From Fistulifera solaris (Eukaryota): a stretch of DNA of 64,000 nt. This document shows positions 60,733 through 64,000 of the stretch, piece after piece. Position numbers and translations under genes: made by a program. Within the stretch, counting starts at the first letter, position 1. Each line of letters begins with the position of its first letter. The notes under the pieces were generated by a model. That model was not told the origin of the DNA. It worked only from the letters and a program-made list of their open reading frames with translations, and ran no database searches. Where the stretch lies: contig AP026136.1 in assembly GCA_030295235.1 (NCBI GenBank), forward strand, positions 558,001 through 622,000. The letters are read 5' to 3'.

Positions 60733-62229
60733 ATGGCTTTCTTGTTATTAGTGTGTGGAGGTCTTACCCAGGCGTTCGCAGCGGAGGAAAATGATGACAA
60801 TGATTCGTCTCGGTCGGCCAATCATCAATCGAAACACGACGATGCTGCGAAACTCTGTCAGTTTTACCAGTTTCGAAGAAAGTATATTTCCGTGTATTTG
60901 GTCATTATGCTCGCCGATTGGATGCAAGGGACGCACATGTAAGCAACTTACAGTATTTCTCAATTTTCCTGGACACCCGAGAATTTCTGACACGTTTCAT
61001 CATCATTTCTCAGGTACACGTTGTATCTTTCCTATGGAGTCAATATTTCGGCCCTCTTTTTGACGGGCTTTCTTTCCGGAGCAATCTTTGCACCATTCCT
61101 CGGGTCCTTGGTGGATAAGTTTGGCCGTAAGCGCAGTTGCATTGTTTATTGTCTTTTGGAAATCGTCATCAACGTGCTGGAACATTACGACAGTTTCACT
61201 ATTCTCATTGTCGGACGTATTTTGGGCGGTATTTCCACAAACTTGTTGTTTTCTGCCTTTGAAAGTTGGATGACCACGGAGCATCGGAGAAAGGGATTTC
61301 CCGAGGAATGGCTTTCCAAGACGTATTCGGTTTGTTCCATTGGCAATGGTACTATGGCGGTGTTCGCGGGAATCGTCGCACAAGTTTTGGAAGACTACCT
61401 TGGTCAGATTGGACCTTTCCAAGGTGCAGTGGGTTTGACATCTCTCGCATTACTCCTTGTTCTCGGGTGGGAAGAGAATTACGGAGAGGAACATGCTGGG
61501 GATCATACCTCATCCTCCGTTTCGCATCAGTTTTACGAGGGGTGGAAAACAACCTTCTCCGATTCGAGGATCATGCGTATCGGATTGACGCAAGCTCTTA
61601 GTGAAGGAGCCATGTACACGTGGGTGTTTACGGTGAGGGTGGCTGCTTTTGTCTTGAATGTTTTAGATCACATGGCACTCACTTTTTGCATCAACCCTTG
61701 TCAGTGGGTCCCTTCACTGCTTTCCCTGAACCCTCCAGGAGGAGTCCCGACAGGGTGTGTATTCTCCTCTCTCATGATAGCGGTTACCATTGGAGGAATC
61801 TTGTATCAGCCGATCCAAAATTTTGTCAAAAACAGATTGTCGCCGCTCAAGTCTGTGTCCGCTGAGATGTTTGCATCGCTGATATACCTGCTAGCGGCAG
61901 CTGCCACGGCGATTCCGGTAATGTGCCTGGGAAGCGAAGGTAAACCGAGTACACTTGCGTCGGCTCATCCAACAATGTGCTTAAACATTATCATGGCGAG
62001 TTTCTTAGTCTTTGAACTTTGTGTGGGTATGTTTATGCCGGTCGCGGGTACCTTGCGGTCCAAGTACGTCCCTGACGCGCTACAGGGTGGAATTTTGAAC
62101 ATCTTCCGATTACCTCTTAATGCAATTGTGGTGTCGGGAACCTACGCTACAGATTATCTGGAAGCGGCATTGGTATATAAGCTTATAAGCGCATGCTTAC
62201 TTTTAAGTGCTTTTTGCAGGCGACAATGA
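60733..62229 (+). CDS. MFS molybdate-anion transporter (MFSD5/MOT2 family)
   Basis: YISVYLVIMLADWMQG, LYLSYG, GRILGGISTNLLFSAFESW, EGAMYTWVF.W, NIFRLPLN. Introns 60939-61013 and 61633-61704; the 3' end may extend past a frameshift near 62212. Confidence 0.9.
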
Positions 62230-62375
62230 TGATTCCTACAAAGGATGAGTCCTCAGCAAAAAGAAAACTCAATAAACTATTGACGAAGTTAAAACGTTCA
62301 TAGCATATCGGTTACAAACAATTACAGTTATTATTGACATTGCTCTTCATCTTCTGCTGTTAGCCTGAATTGATT

Positions 62376-63983
62376 TCATTCGCGAAAGTCTGCAGGATGC
62401 CGTTTCTCTTCATCTTGATCTTCTTCTGTTAGCTCGCATGACTGGTCGTCACAAGATTCTGGACGGTGCACTTCCGCTTCCTCTTGATTTTCTTCCACTA
62501 TCTCGCTTGACTGTTCGCCACAAGAGTCTGGCTGGTGCACTTCGTCTTCTATAGCAGAACGTGCAAAAAAGCCGACGATGCAGAAATGATGAACGAAACA
62601 TGAACAGAAAAGGAGTAAGAACCACCCAAGTCACGACTTGAACCGGCCAAACCAGAACTCGAATAATCGTTCGTAAACTGTCAAGTAGGTACCGCCGCAA
62701 GAGAATGGCACACAGGCCACCAACAAGGACTCCGAGCAACTTCAAAAAGTTTAACGAAGTTCTCTCTGGATTAAGACATGAAGACTTCAAAAGAATCCTA
62801 GCACCTTGAACCAATCGCTGATCAGAATGCTTTTCGACAATATCCAGTAGCAATGATAGTCCAGGGCAGATTTCAGTCAAGTGAATGGCAATCCTCTCGA
62901 CGAGAAAACCCACTGCCAAGCGCACCTTGGTTGATAGCGCTTTCCATTCCCTGTCGATTTTGTTGAAAAGCGGAATGGCGACCTCGTTGTAAGTAGCCCT
63001 TCCACCGTCGAGTAGTTGATCAACATTGTGCTTCATATGTTCATCATAAAGTTGTGACATAAGAATGGTGACCTGACTGAAGGTCTCCCTACCAAAATCG
63101 AGTAACTCTTTAACATTGCGTTTCAAATGTGCGTCATAGAATTGGTAAAGTTGTTCAACTAGGAGGGCCGCCGTGTCTTGCATACGACGTACCAAGTCCA
63201 AAACGAAGGGAATCGCTGATCTCACGAATTCGTCGGCAGTACCAAGAAGTAACTTAATATTCTTTGTAGCTTCCTTAACAGCAAACTCCGTATCTTCTTT
63301 AATATGCGTTACATTCACATAACGTCGTTGCTCATAGACTTCGCGCCAGTATGCAGCGTCCTGTTTTTAGAGAAAAATATAATTGTCAGCCAGAATCAGC
63401 AAAATTTTCATCTCCGCCCTCCTAGAGCACTCACTATTTTCGCTTGCGATAATTCCTGCTGAATCTCAAGTAGTTCCTCGTCTAGCATGTCTGCTTCTTT
63501 GATCAATTCAGCGTTATGACTGCGTAATTCGGTCATAATTTTGTTCATTTGAACTTTATCGGTGAGTAATACTTTCATTTCTTCCGTTGCGGTAGCAAAG
63601 GCTTCCTCGACCTTTTGTCGTTCCTGTGCTGCGTTTCGAAGATCTAGCGTCAAATTTTTGGCAAGGGCAACGCACTCAGATTCCTGTTCATCCAGCCTTC
63701 GCTGACAAGTCTCCTTCATTTCGATCGTCTTGTTGTTTAATTTCTCATCTGAATATTCATGGCAAATTTGAAGTGCTTCCTCAGTTTGTAGTAGGAGAGC
63801 TCTGCTTTTGTCCTCAAGATCCTGAAACTTTCTTTTCCACTCCACGGTTCTTTGCTCAATGGCAGATTGAAGATATTGTTCATTATACACTTGACTTTCA
63901 TGACCAAAAAACGACCAGATTTTCTGAGATATAGAATACTCCCCAACGGCTTTGATCTCGTATCCACCGCTTTTGTTCAGCAT
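62376..63983 (-). CDS. Coiled-coil protein with C-terminal TM segments, function unknown; start may lie beyond the window
   Basis: ORFs 63983-63408 and 63318-62449 join through intron 63434-63361. An acidic repeat tail (EVHQPDSC/EVHRPESC) is reached by a frameshift near 62567. Confidence 0.6.
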
Positions 63984-64000
63984 TGATGTACATGACTGTG

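Noticed and set aside
62331..62378. In-frame TGA followed by a third acidic repeat (possible readthrough or Sec)
   Set aside because: Depends on an unverified frameshift; no SECIS or redox context seen.
1..64000. tRNA, rRNA or snRNA genes
   Set aside because: None recognised by eye; a tRNAscan/Infernal run would be needed to exclude them.

Overview
Eukaryotic nuclear DNA, by inference from a diatom (probably pennate). It is gene-dense, has mostly short GT-AG introns (61-127 nt; three of 153-372 nt), several N-terminal signal peptides followed by an A-F/G-F plastid-import motif, an LHC antenna gene and a DUF6824-like gene. About 36 protein-coding loci can be supported. Housekeeping: TIM50, proteasome alpha1 and alpha3, SNAPC3, CCR4, IMPDH, class II DAHP synthase, IMPase. 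Transporters: SWEET, MFSD5/MOT2. Lipid/plastid genes: GLTP, VTE7-like hydrolase, fibrillin, two tandem DGAT2, LHC, HopJ-like. Regulators and scaffolds: HSF, ARM, ankyrin, DUF6824. Many conserved genes carry single frameshifts, often at homopolymer runs, most likely assembly indels. Points of interest: (1) a catalytically degenerate, intron-less IMPase paralog separated from the intact IMPase by a decayed Helitron-like (DUF6570) fragment; (2) a proteasome alpha subunit with a signal peptide, probably periplastid-targeted; (3) two small RNase-kappa/V-ATPase-f-like paralogs with identical exon structure; (4) a recurrent intergenic palindrome TACCWGGTA; (5) an Rdx-fold protein lacking its redox motif; (6) a heavily decayed EcKinase-like pseudogene. 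No rRNA, tRNA or CRISPR array was recognised. No complete novel multi-gene system can be demonstrated from the sequence alone. All family calls come from motif recognition by eye, not database searches.
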